Under the pieces are notes generated by a model, which was not told the DNA's origin, did not search any database, and saw only the letters and a program-made list of their open reading frames with translations. A DNA stretch of 63,971 nt, counting the filler, from Bigelowiella natans CCMP2755 (lineage: Eukaryota; Protista; Cercozoa), in the NCBI GenBank assembly GCA_000320545.1. It is 6 parts of 6 records of this genome, joined end to end, with 100 filler letters (N's around TTAATTAATTAA, not from the genome) between each part and the next. Parts side by side here need not be neighbours in the genome. Positions count along the whole stretch, not along the records: positions 51,033 to 57,911 come from ADNK01002737.1; positions 58,012 to 62,760 come from ADNK01003629.1; positions 62,861 to 63,971 come from ADNK01001312.1; 3 more parts are not named here. One strand, written 5' to 3'. Of the stretch, positions 51,950-63,971 are shown piece by piece (the first letter of the stretch is position 1; the number at the start of each line of letters is the position of its first letter). The translations under genes and the position numbers were made by a program.

Positions 51950-54102
51950 TCATGATTGGAAAAGTCTCATGTCCAATATGTCGTGACACATGTGAGCGGT
52001 TTCAATGAGCGGAGCGGTTGTAGCTGCTACAGCTATACCCGACTGATATTCATGTAACGAAGTCCTCTCCTCCCCTTCCTCGCTGCTTCTCAGACGGGCC
52101 ATTTCATCACTAATCAAGATTGTTTCCCTTATCGTACGAGCGAGCTGTGCTTGCAGAGCGACTGCCCTTGTTGGCCCGACCAAATTTAGTCGAACGGCAG
52201 CTGCTAAAATGTCTCGGGAGGATCCGAAACACATAGCATCGGCCGTGGCCTCCGTGTTTAAATGAAGCGCCGCACCAGCGACTCCCAGAACGCCCGCCAG
52301 ATGACCGCGATTTTCATTTAAAACTACATACTCCTCGAGTGCATCTAAGAGCTTTTCAACAGGATACGCCGGTTCTTCCGAAGAGGAGCTTTTTACTGAG
52401 GCCGCTGCTTCGACCCACGTCGGCGCAAGCTGCGCTAATGCCCTCCCCTGTGCAAGCGAGGCTCTTGCGGCCGGAGTGGTGCTCGCCAACAGCGCGCCCA
52501 GGTTTTCGTCCAGAATGCTGAATAGCTCTATAAAACTGGCAGGGTCTTGTTGCCCCTTTACCACGCACTGAGCGAGGGAATGAGCTTCGCGCGTAAAGGG
52601 GGTTTGTAGAACTGTCTGTGATGTAGCTGATGCTCGCAAAAATTCCATCAGCTCTGCTTCCCCCCCCCCCGGGGAGGTCTTGGCCGCCCCCGCTCGGAGA
52701 GTGCGGGGATTGGACGTCGTCGTCGTGTCGAGAATCTTCATTTGCTGAGCGGCCTCGAGCCCGGAGGAATGTGCGAAGCCTCCAATTGGTAATCCTGCAT
52801 CTGCGAGCTGCATCAGGGCCCATCGCTGTTCGTGCTGCAGTGGCGGGTGATGACGTCTGGTAGAATTCGTTGGCTCTCTCTCCTCCCCTTTGCCTCTCGC
52901 TTCCTCGTTGTGTTGTTTTGCCTCCTTCTGATCGATTGACGATGTTGCAGGAGCTGCTATCCCGTGTAAATGGCCGTGATATGTTGATTTTGAGGGAGGG
53001 GGGGAGGATGCGTGTATGCGATCCTGATACGGTGTCTCGCCTAAATCAGCTCCGAGAGGCTCTAAGCACATATGCAGCACGCGAATTAAGTCCTCGGGTG
53101 TTTCGGCAACAACCCTCGCGCACACTAGAGGAACCTCGCCTGAAAATTCTTCCGTTTTGACTTCATTAACGCCCATGCATACCGAGCCTTCAAGTTCAGG
53201 AAGGAGGACACTTTCGGCCTTCTCCCGCGCTTCGCCTGAGATACGTACTCCGTTGATGGAGGATATCGCTGCAGACGAACCCTCCAGTCTCCTAGCAACT
53301 TCTGTAGACCTCGCGCCAGCGCAAATTACTGTCGCAAAAGCATTACGATGGCAGCCTAGATCCAATCCCCAATTGCGCTGCCCTTTCAGCCTTGAGTCCA
53401 AGACAACCGCGTCATTCAATACAGGAGATTCCTCCCCTATCTCCTCCATTGCTGCGTCGCCAGAGCCTTCTTTCGACCCTCTTGGCGCAAACAATCTGGT
53501 TCTTGACTCGTAAGATTTGAACGCCCAGCGCTCACCGCATGCAGCCCTCCCCGAGCCGCAAATGTCAACAATCACTGCGGACCCAAATACGCGCTCCTTT
53601 TGCCCCCCCTCCGAAACTTCTGACACGCCAATGTGTACGTCCTGGACCTGACGATACCTGGCATCTTTGAAAGGCACGATGCTGTCGGGGTAGAGGACGA
53701 GAAGGCCTCCGGGTTCCACATGAGCATTCATTCGGAATTCCGAGGGTACCCCATTTGACCTTGTCCGGAATATCTGGGCGTTGGCATGGTGAGGCGCTTG
53801 CAACGTTTGGATGAAATCATGGAAGGTGATAAAGAACGGTGAGGTACCTTTGTAGATGATTGGCTTCCAATCCCGAGCGTCGCAGCCCTGCCAACTTTAA
53901 CATCCAGCTCAGAGCGATCGCCTCCAAGCATACCTCCCCCATAACCACCTAGAGAACAGAGGCTAGCACCAGCCTGCTCGGAGGCTGGTGTGATGATGGG
54001 ATATAGCCGCAGTGGAGCATTGAAGGCAAGATCTGTAAGGCGGGTGATCGGTCTGGGCTCGACCGAAGCTTTGGCAATCACCGAACCTATCCCGGCTCGC
54101 AT
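51950..54102 (-). CDS. ureD-ureF: Urease accessory UreD-UreF fusion protein (2 exons, ~692 aa)
   Basis: Exon 54102-53848 (APLRL...GGYGGGMLGGDRSELDVKVG..ATLGIGSQSSTK), a 74-nt GT-AG intron 53847-53774, then exon 53773-51950. The second exon has IFR...LYPDSIVPFKDARYRQ...SGRAACGERWAF (UreD), then LMQLADAGLPIGGFAHSSGLEAA...AAVRLNLVGP...RLFQS* (UreF). Confidence 0.92.
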
Positions 54103-54415
54103 GGATTGTGGGCCCCATTCGGAAAAATTCGGGCCAACATGTATCAGATATTTCCTGCATATATTGCGACATCAACGCAGTAGATGAGAAACAACAAGAA
54201 CAACATTGACAAATAATGAAAGATTTTTCCTTCCGTCATTTCTGTTACGCGACAATATTCATATCCATGTCGCAGGCGTGAAATCATGGTCGTTTTCTCA
54301 ACCAAATGGTAACTACTTCCTTCATCTGGACGCACCCGACGGCCGACGACACTCTGCCATTTCAAATCTTGCTCTGCTGCTCGGCTATTGCTAGTTTGAA
54401 ATAGGTGGTGGTAAG

Positions 54416-54497
54416 ATGAGCGCCATCTTCGCCCCAATCTCCATTTTCATCAACAAGTGGACCTCCATGTGGCAGGTAAGCGTGCTGACGCGTGTGT

Positions 54498-54532
<35 letters not shown>

Positions 54533-55638
54533 CGCATAGATCGAGTAGCAGTCTCCAAACGAACGATCTCGGTCACGATACCCAATCTCAATGCGCCTGT
54601 TTTGTTTTTTGTTGCGTCACCTCGGATCTTCCACAAGTGGGGATTGCCAGAGAGCAAGTCTGGATCGAAAATCCTGCTCGTACACTGTCACCCATGCACG
54701 GAAAGCTTTTCAGAGGGTTCGTGTAATAACACATGTCTCGTTTTTTTTAGCTAACAATTGTATCACAAAGCTTTGGCTGCGGCTGATGCATGTAAACACG
54801 CAACACAAACGCGCGCGCGCGCACGTTTCACAGATATACACGCACGCACGCAAATGCATATATGCACAACCAAGTACGATTTACGATGCATATCAACCAC
54901 GTCTAGCTGTTGCCAACTCTGTTCAAGAGGGCTCAGGGGAGCCGGACATGAGGTTTTACACTCCAAATTATGATAACGTACCAATTCGAAATGCGTCTCA
55001 CATCGGCATGTGACTGCTGCGGGCAGGTAAGGTCGCTCTCTCTCTATGCAAACACGTTGAGCGCCTCGTCTGCAAAGCTGCTTCCCCCTAGCAACCCCCC
55101 GATGACAAAGGCCCTCACAAACCAAGAGCGATCGAAATACTACGAAATCGCAAGGCCTGACGTCGATGGAAAGCATCGGTATTCTGGCTTAGACCCTGAA
55201 ATAGCAAACGCTGTTAGGCTCTTACGCTGGTGTGATGCGCTGGTATTCGTCTACCCTACTTGGTGGTTCAACGTGCCAGGCGCTCTAAAGAGCTTCTTCG
55301 ACAGGACGTTCTTGCCCCACGTCGCATTCTCCCTGCCGCCAGAAAACAACCTGCAGTTGGATGGTGGCGGAGAAGGGCCGAGCACCACATCGACGGGCTT
55401 GGTACCGCTTCTCACGAACATCAAGAAAATTGGGGTGGTGACGACGTACGGAGCTCCAAAGCCAGTTGCCCTGCTTGCAGGGGACAATGGCAGGCAGATG
55501 ATCTCCAGAGCCTTTCGGCCTTTGTTCAACAACGAGTGTCCTATGGTGTGGATGGGCCTTTATAACATTCACGGGACCACTCTGCAAGAGCGCCAGTCTT
55601 TTCTTTCAAACGTCGAAAATCGCTTCAGAAGGTTTTAA
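54416..55638 (+). CDS. Flavodoxin-like NAD(P)H:quinone oxidoreductase (Flavodoxin_2 family); multi-exon, 5' end uncertain
   Basis: KILLVHCHPCTESFSE (54651-54716)|AVANSVQE..GLRGAGHE (54907-54952)|VRSLSLY...LRWCDALVFVYPTWWFNVPGALKSFFDRTF...VVTTYGAP. Confidence 0.85.
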
Positions 55639-56740
55639 TAGCCGTTCGATAGCCGTTTAGCCACAGGCATATCAATGTGGGGAGGAGGAGGAGGAGGAGG
55701 AGGAGGAGGAGGAGGAGGAGGAGGAGCGGCTGCCAATCATCTATATTCTCATCTGTACATATCCTGTAGCAATAGATCCTGAGAAAAAAATGTAAGTAAA
55801 GTTTAAGAGCTTGTCGGAGCGCTAGGTTGATATATGTTTAGTAGATGCATGTGGCGCGGTAATAAAGAGCATAATTCTAGGTCGAAATTACATGTATGTA
55901 TGTGTGCTTAGCGATAAACTGGCTAGACTGATCGATAGACTGCGCAATTTTGTGCAGCGCAAATTATAGCTTTATATATGTATATAATCTAGATAATATA
56001 GATAGTCATAAGTGCTCAAGGCATAGCCAAAATGCACGTAGCTCTAGCAGAGCTAGGTAGACGAAGTGCTCATCACTATAACATTTGCTGTGACAGGCTA
56101 GCTAGTTAGTATGCTCTAGTGCTGATAGACGCATAAGCATGCGCGATATATAGTGTACACATAGCTAGATACAGCCCTAGCCGCCAACATGCAAATAACT
56201 ACAGCAGTATACACAACAGCTCATCACAAGTTTTTAACGTTGCATGAAAAGAGCCCTATAGGCTATTTGTATGTACGCATGCAGTACTTAACTAGATATA
56301 TGTAGTTATCAAGACCCATGCACTATATGTACGTAAAAGTAGTACGAGTCAACTACAAATGGAGGCGATACACACAATAAAAGAGCCCTACAGGCTATTT
56401 GTATTCATCGACAGCGCAAATAAACAATGCACATGTGGTTCATGTTGCTGCTTGCTCTGGGGTAACAAATACTATATACATGATGAGTTAAAATAAAAAC
56501 AGCAAAGGAGGCTAGCCAGTTAGTGCGATAATACCCGGTATTCTTGCAGCTGTACCATCGGCAGGCATATTACAATTGGCGTCTGTTGCGCTTTTTTAGG
56601 ATACTGGAGGCGTCGTATCGGTGCGGAATCACGACGAATTTGTGTTGTCGTTGTCGTCGTTCCTCCCTCAGTTTTTGGCTACATTAATTATACGTGTAAA
56701 GCGGATCTTCGGACATAATCGTCACATCACTATTTATAGA

Positions 56741-57735
56741 TTATAGTGGTAGGTACGGTAGGAAGGGGCATCTACTCCTCTTCACAAGCTGAACATTCTC
56801 CTTGCTGTCTGCTGCATTATCTTTTTTGGCGCTAGCTTTCCTCTTGTGCTTGCCCGAGGACTTTTGGTTCTTCCTGTCCGCTTCTCTCACGTCCGTCTCG
56901 TCCTCTTCCTCCTCCCCCCCTTCTTTGCTGTCCTCCTTGTCGCAATAACTAGGAGGCCGAAGCATTTCGGGCTTCATCTCGTGCTCTACTTTGTACACTG
57001 AATGGTCCACGTACATCTGGTAATCAGGTACACAAAACGTAAGGGCTTTGATGACAAACAATCAATCGTATAACAACAATATTCTTCCCTGTAAGGGAAA
57101 TTTTTGGACCAATGAGTGAAGGAAGAAATGAAATGGCATGCAGCGTCTTTGATTCAACAAGCTGATGCTTAACTTCTCTCGCTATCTCTCCCTCTCTCCG
57201 CCCCCTCCCTGCCCCCCTCCAAAATGAACGTAGGCCAAAAATATAGACGTAGTAGGACAAAACGTTCTCAGAGCCTGTTGTTGTCTTGGTGGTGGTAGTA
57301 GCAGCAGTAGTAGTACCGATCCATCGCTTGCGTGGAGGAAATGGTTGATTGGCAGCACGACGTCTTTTCCGACCGATTTTAGTTGTAGCATCAGCTGAAA
57401 AGGAGAAGATGCAATCAGAGAGGAGGAGGAGGAGGAGGAGGAGGAGGAGAAGGATGAGGAGGAGGAGGGGGGGGAGGAGGGGGGCAAGAAGAAAGAACTG
57501 CTAGATGGGCTGCGGAAGGGAAAAGATAGTAAAAACACTGACGAAGGCAAGAGGATTGGAACACGATACTATCCCAGAGATATAAGAGAATGAAAGAGAT
57601 TATTAACGGGAATAGTGTTGGCGTGAGTTGGGTGTATCTGCAACAACCTTAGTCCCCTCATCAGCGTAATCATCCTCTCCCGGAAGCCATTGCGCGTCGT
57701 TGGCATTCGGGCCCAAATCAACGACAAATTCCTGC
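56741..57735 (-). CDS. Hypothetical multi-exon protein, 3' portion (5' part lost in the gap)
   Basis: AG/GT-bounded exons EFVVDLGPNANDAQWLPGEDDYADEGTK, LMLQLKSVGKDVVLPINHFLHASDGS and MYVDHSVYKVEHEMKPEMLRPP, followed by a charged tail. No family recognised. Confidence 0.45.
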
Positions 57736-57875
57736 CAGAATGAATGAGTCAAAGGATGAGTAAACGGTGTTGCGTTCCAACGATCGCCGCCAAAAATGAA
57801 GGGGAGAGGAGAAGGAGGAGGAGGAGGAGGAGGAGGAGGGGGGTATGAAAAAGAAAGACGAGGAAAATAGAGGCC

Positions 57876-57911
<36 letters not shown>

Positions 57912-58011
57912 NNNNNNNNNNNNNNNNNNNNNNNNNNNNNNNNNNNNNNNNNNNNTTAATTAATTAANNNNNNNNNNNNNNNNNNNNNNNNNNNNNNNNN
58001 NNNNNNNNNNN
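57912..58011. other. Artificial contig linker/gap
   Basis: N44-TTAATTAATTAA-N44. Confidence 0.97.
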
Positions 58012-58313
58012 GTCCAACAAAAGTCATTCGCGCGAGAGCAATCACACAATTCTCCATGCAACATGCATCATCATTCGATCCGCCTCATTTGTGTCATTTT
58101 TTTACATTTTCCCTACTCATGCATCAGGGCGGCATGGGTAGTGCTAGGGTGCAAGTGGCGAACACTTGCTTGAACACCCGCATGATCGAACAACTCGTTG
58201 CCCATGTGTTCGTTTTCATCACTGGCCATTGGACCATGATCACGACAAGTGAGAAATTGATGAACATTGAACATTGAATTGAGATTGAACATTGCACCTC
58301 CCCCCACTGCATA

Positions 58314-58356
<43 letters not shown>

Positions 58357-58886
58357 CGAAGAAAGGCGTATGGGATGAAACGGCGCCTTACCAGGTTGTC
58401 AGAGGTACCTTTTGCCAATAGAAATGAAATAGCTAATTCGAAGAGAAAGACCCGCATATTCCAAATTAGGAGAGCAATTCAGGGAACATTAGCGCTGTAT
58501 AAGTGTAGGAAATTTGATCGGAAAATCGGTTTACTCTAACTGCGGGTCTTTTTTTTTTTTTTTCGGTATTCTTCGTCGTCGTGCCGTCCCCAACCAGGTC
58601 ACGCCTCGTGCCTCAATGAGCACTCCGCGCTTCAGCGAAATCAGCCAAACGGAATCCGGTGATTCGACCGGTAAATATGCGCACAAATTCTGTTTTATTT
58701 TCGTCTGCTAAATCTGCTGTTCGCGCTGTGTGTTTGGAAATTTCATCAGAGCTGAAAAGCAGTCGTGTGGGCAAAGCCAGATCCGACGGCTTTGTGGGGA
58801 AATCCAGCGTGAATTAGATTCAGTTCCTGCTCTGTGACTCCGCGATGTGATAGGAGCGAGAAGGGGTCAATAGCATATTTGCGTGT

Positions 58887-58931
<45 letters not shown>

Positions 58932-60552
58932 TGCGACAAGAAGCTAAATGGTTAGGGAGCTGGGTTGTCTATGAAATACAAGCAGCACTATCAGTGTGTG
59001 CAATGTAATTTTTAATGTGTCATTCTCATCCTGTCTCGGCCTTCCGATGGCCTAGATCAGCAATAGAAATGTAGCGGTTTGTGCAGTGCAATTGCTTTGC
59101 GACGATGATGACAAAATATGCCGTACGTACGCATCAATTATATCAGATCTGTGCAATCAGCGCAGCTCCGCATCCTCCGTTTCCCTGCGCGCACACAGGC
59201 TATACATCACATCTGTAGCTTTATCTAGCTGGACACTCGCTAGCACGCTGCATTGTGCGCATAAATTGCACGTTTTCTAGCTAGCTAGCCCTCGCAATTA
59301 TCGCACGCATTTGATGAGGCATTCACATTATTATGATCATGGACAATCATAGCATGATCTGCGCGCACACGTCTAGACGTGCATCGCAACGTCCATGCTG
59401 GCTTTTGATCTGTCATCGACGAAACGTCGCTCGTGCCATGCGCTAGTGCCAGAGTGCGCGCACAGCAGCCGTCCTCGCTAGCTCGCCATTTTCCACACCG
59501 ATCTGCTAGCGATCGACCGGGCCCTCCATTGCCATTGCGCGCATGGCGATGCACGTCTAGCCAGCTAGCTGCTAGCTAGGTTTAATTTTGACAGATGTGA
59601 TTCAGTTATACACAGTGATGTCTTGATGCAGCATGCACATGCATCATCATGCGTCCTAGCTAGCATGATGATAGACATGTTGCATTATGTGCATCTGACA
59701 CGTGCGTAATGATGCGGACGTGTCAAACTGTTCGTGTGCGTGCCATATGTACTAGTGTGGCGGTGTACGCTCGCACACACACCTAACATTGATAGCGTTG
59801 TCCGAAGCATCGTGCGCAAGACTCGCGCCCTGCTGCAGCGGCTTTTCACAGAGTGCGCAATGATGCATGGATGGTCATAAATAGCACAGAGCAGCTGCAG
59901 TGTAAATCGACGATTTAATAGAATGGGAAAAACATTTAAACTGTCTTTTCCTCAAAAAATGTATCTACTCTCTCTAACAATGATCCATGCCCGCTTTTTG
60001 GCCTCTTGTGTCTCGACGGAAGCTCATATAGTCACACATCAAGGCTCTTTACACGTTGTCCCCCCTCCCCTTTTCTCTCGAAGTCTCTCAGATCGCGCTA
60101 TCACCGCACAAACACGACGAGAAGGAGAGAGTAAGCAAAAGCGCTGCGGCGGCACAAAATGAGCATGGGAACAGTAACAATCTGACACTGTTTCAAAACT
60201 GTACAGAAGAAATATGAGAAACCGCATCGAAGTCATACGGGAAGACGTCCTTCAAATTCGCGGAAAATCTATGTATGCTACATAATAATAATAGAGTATC
60301 CGCTTGCGGAATTGACGGTTTCGTACGCAGCTTCTAGAGCATCTTACAATGGCTGCTAATAGACATAGATATAGAGAGAAGGGGAGGGTGATGAGAACAA
60401 CCCGCTGCGGCAGTGCAGCGAAGAAGTTTTGAACACATCGTCAAGATGCATGGAGGGAGATGGGTAGAGAGAAGAACAGGGCATGATCGGAACGAATGTA
60501 CAATTCTCCTACACGGCAGCGGAGAGAAAAATATGGGAGGGAGGGAGAGAGA

Positions 60553-60593
<41 letters not shown>

Positions 60594-60838
60594 AGAAGCG
60601 AAGTAGTCGTTGATTGGGGTGAGGGCTACAATCAACGATCGTTCCTTAAGAAATCAGAATTTTTCCTATGGAATGGAGGGGGAAAACGAAGATGCTACAA
60701 CTGGGAATTTCTTGCCCGTCTATCCGATGGTTTAAGGTAGAAATTACTCCGGAAAACATGCGAAGCTTGCAGTGACTTATTATTGACTTTTTACAAAAAG
60801 AACCGCATGGACAGAAAGGGGTGAGTGCCCTTCTTATT

Positions 60839-60878
<40 letters not shown>

Positions 60879-61368
60879 GATCTATTTTGTCCACTCTGCG
60901 CCTTAATCATCTTGCAAACTTTCCACCGTTTCGTTTCTCGTTGTCTCTGGCTACTGATGCGCCCCCAACCCCCTCCCCCCCCCCCCCTCCTCTCTTCTTT
61001 AGTGACAATTCTTGCGCAAACAACGTAAGTGTTTCTGCTATCTCGCAGAGGACCAGAAACCTATTTTGGAGTTGGATTCGGTGGTAAAGATGCGAATAAA
61101 CTTGCTCGATCTCGATAGATGAAATTGATGGAAAGGATGGGAGGGTAAATGCATTGCCAACATACTGCTGCTGCTGCTGCTACTACTACTACTACTACTA
61201 CCAACCGCTGCTGCTTGGATGGGGCATCGAAACCATCCAGCCCGGGCTTGCCTGAAGATGATGAAACGACGATGACGACGAGAAGAGAGGAGAAGTGCGT
61301 TAGAGGGGGAGGGGGAACGGGGGGGGGGGAGGGAGGACGGGGAGAAATTCGGAAAGCACGCATTCATT

Positions 61369-61403
<35 letters not shown>

Positions 61404-61787
61404 GATGCTTCATGATCAGTGTAGAATCATCGCTGCCCCCCCGCCCCCCGCCTCCCGCCTATCCCCCTCTCCTCTCCATGCTATAAATAGCCACGCTTTA
61501 AGTAGGGAAATGGACGTGTTGTTTCCCTACCCCTTCACTCCGACTGCGGTCTTGTAGTAGAGAGTCGCGTGAGCTTGCCTTGGGAAAGGGCCGCTCATAC
61601 ACGCCCCCATTACAGTCATCTTCCAACTCGGAGAACCTTTGATGTTCAGGGGGTACGAGAGAGAGGAGGGGGTGGAGGGGGAGGGGGGAAGAGAGAGAGA
61701 AAAGGGTATACGTTAATTAATGCTTTGTAATTAATATATACTCACGGATATCCTAAACACGTGTTCGCACACAAGGTAACACCTATA

Positions 61788-61825
<38 letters not shown>

Positions 61826-61969
61826 TCAAAAACTGAAGAAAGCGTGTCAGTTGATTCTGTTTCTGCGTATTTGCAGGTGCATTTCCCCCTCTTCCCACGG
61901 CTCCAAGGACGTCTAGGATACGAAGGCAATGTGCTCTCTTCTTATACTCAAGATTAGGCCCACAAACAG

Positions 61970-62295
61970 CACCTGATGTTGGACACATTCCGGATCTCGT
62001 CCGCCCTCCTATTTTGCACACGAGAAAGAGAGAATGAGAGAAAGAGAGAGAGAGAGAGAGGTCATATCTGGATGATGGCGCAAAGTAAAACAAATCTCCC
62101 AACTAATCTCCTCGACTCCCCCCCCCCCCATTTAAACACACACACACACACACACACACACAACATGGTAAATACTGCAGCACGTACCCGCTGCGGTAGC
62201 AGAGAAAGGCAAGACGGCACGCCATCAGACCATATCGAACGAGGAGGATCGACAGCTCCCATTCCTCTAATATAATATAAATATAAATGTTATTT

Positions 62296-62332
<37 letters not shown>

Positions 62333-62398
62333 CAGCAGCTTTGTGAGGCAGGCAGGGCAGAAGGATGATGGCAAACGATGTGTGTGCGTGGCGTGTGC

Positions 62399-62446
<48 letters not shown>

Positions 62447-62525
62447 GGAGTGAAAGGAGAAAGGAGACCTGGCCACTCGAAACTCTCCACCATTTCATCA
62501 ATTAAGAGCCCCACGAAGACTGGTT
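61970..62525 (-). CDS. Fragments of a hypothetical membrane protein (multi-exon)
   Basis: Putative exons VFVGLLIDEMVESFEWPE|EWELSILLVRYGLMACRLAFLCYRS|RRADEIRNVSNI. The full structure could not be reconstructed. Confidence 0.3.
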
Positions 62526-62760
62526 TGAAAAAAGAATGGTTTTGAAGAGTGAGAATAATAAGAGAAAGAAAAATGATAATAACACTCTCGCACGCTCTTT
62601 CGTGCGCTCGTCGCGCGCTTCACGAGGGCAGGGGTGGGTGCATCATAAGCAATGAAAGCATATATGCTCATCTACACAAATCAACACACTTCTAAACACA
62701 AAAACTTATTAATACATATGGTCAAAAACGCCCCTTCTGCCTCATCCCCCCCTCCCCCCC

Positions 62761-62860
62761 NNNNNNNNNNNNNNNNNNNNNNNNNNNNNNNNNNNNNNNN
62801 NNNNTTAATTAATTAANNNNNNNNNNNNNNNNNNNNNNNNNNNNNNNNNNNNNNNNNNNN
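62761..62860. other. Artificial contig linker/gap
   Basis: N44-TTAATTAATTAA-N44. Confidence 0.97.
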
Positions 62861-63271
62861 TAGCACCAAATCAAGTTTGAGACAGAGAGGCCAGCCTGTT
62901 CTCCGTAATCCACGCAATAGATTCGGTGCGCTGTTATGGCCACCGGCGCGGCTGTTGGAGCTGCGGAGCTTGGTAAACAACGTGCACACTGTAGTAGCGC
63001 ATGTCATCCCGGCTTCCCATAGTGTCCCACGCTCCGCATAAAATTTCGCGAGTCATTTTAGAGAGCGGCAATTCGATGATGGATGGATAGATAGGTGGAT
63101 AGATAGGTAAAGCGTGAAGATGGGGGAGGTGGCGGGTATTTTTCTTAGAGAGGCGCGTGCGTTCCAAATCATGCAGTCCTACATGTCATATGGTGATGTA
63201 AACTGACGATAGTTGCAAAGAGATTTTGTGCAGAATCATCAAATAGATGCACAGACACTTCATACGCACAT

Positions 63272-63317
<46 letters not shown>

Positions 63318-63340
63318 GAGCGTGTACTCCTCTCTCGAAG

Positions 63341-63743
63341 GCAATCACAGTTCCTCAGTGCGCGGGTGGAGGTGTCGGCTTCATCAACTCGCCAGAAAAC
63401 ATCGTGGTGGAAGCTATTGAGGGGCTAGTCCAGTCTCATAGCCATCTCTGTCGTCTAGATGGATATCCTGAGGTAGCGCAATAGAGGAAGAGTACATTTA
63501 CTACTACTACAACTACTACAAATACTACATGTAGACCGCAGCAAAGACCCATATCAGTTTTGTCGTCCCTCTGACACACTTACGCTCTTCTTCTTTCTGC
63601 TTCTTGACCGCTCTCCCTCCCAAGGTGAAAGTCGTCCTGCGTTCGGATTGGGTCAGCCCCAAAAATGCGCATAAGGTCGGTCCTCCCAGTCAACAAGGGG
63701 GGAGAGGGAAGTTGGCCGATATATCAAGAAGAGAGGGGAGTAT

Positions 63744-63774
<31 letters not shown>

Positions 63775-63897
63775 CAGGTGTTAGCTATTATTATCATACT
63801 TAAAAGCGTGTCGGCTCATGATCTATCGACACCGAGCAGGTGGCTATCATCTCAGGGGGGGGGGCTGGCCATGAACCCGCGCATGCAGGATTCGTAG
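63341..63897 (+). CDS. DAK: Dihydroxyacetone kinase / triokinase (Dak1 domain), N-terminal exons; continues beyond the window
   Basis: Exons 63341-63472, 63625-63675 and 63840-63897 give FINSPENIVVEAIEGLV...RLDGYPE|VKVVLRSDW...K|VAIISGGGAGHEPAHAGFVG, the DhaK signature. Confidence 0.92.
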
Positions 63898-63971
63898 GTG
63901 CGAGTAATGTAGTCAAAGGAGGAAGACACAGATTGCATCGAGTTCTACTTGTCATATTATTGATGAAGTCG

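Noticed and set aside
53728-53850. Programmed frameshift between the two UreD ORFs
   Set aside because: A 74-nt GT-AG intron (53847-53774) joins them in frame as SSTK|IFR.
42379-54102. Apparent nickel/urease cluster (His-repeat protein near UreD-UreF)
   Set aside because: The two genes are separated by two contig linkers, so their proximity is not demonstrated.
16685-62860. Five identical TTAATTAATTAA motifs within N runs
   Set aside because: Artificial all-frame-stop linkers used to concatenate contigs; not biological.

Overview
Eukaryotic nuclear DNA, not prokaryotic. It is intron-rich (GT-AG), with introns full of microsatellites. A plastid-type RF3, an LCIB/theta carbonic anhydrase with a hydrophobic presequence, and Pro/Thr-stalked surface proteins point to an alga with a complex plastid (chlorarachniophyte-like; inference). 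The window is six contigs joined by artificial 100-bp linkers (N44-TTAATTAATTAA-N44), so adjacency across a linker is not evidence of synteny. Genes reconstructed by eye across introns, many invisible in the ORF track: a large protein with thioredoxin-like domains and a PHTF/7TMIC-like membrane domain, a type I membrane protein with a duplicated domain, an Aha1-N protein, a theta-CA, a PqiA-like protein, an RCC1-repeat/LamG-like/PT-stalk surface protein, a SAM-like/TM protein, a TMEM135-like protein, a secreted His-Pro repeat protein, RF3, DENND10/FAM45, a SelH-like selenoprotein (CxxU), a UreD-UreF fusion, a Flavodoxin_2 quinone reductase and a dihydroxyacetone kinase. The most striking unexplained signal is a set of sharply bounded intergenic or pseudogene tracts from which TpA has been almost completely erased, except in CTAG (and partly TAG/CTA). 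CpG is retained there and the decayed ORFs show Cys/His where Tyr is expected. This suggests a targeted, RIP-like A:T>G:C hypermutation process.
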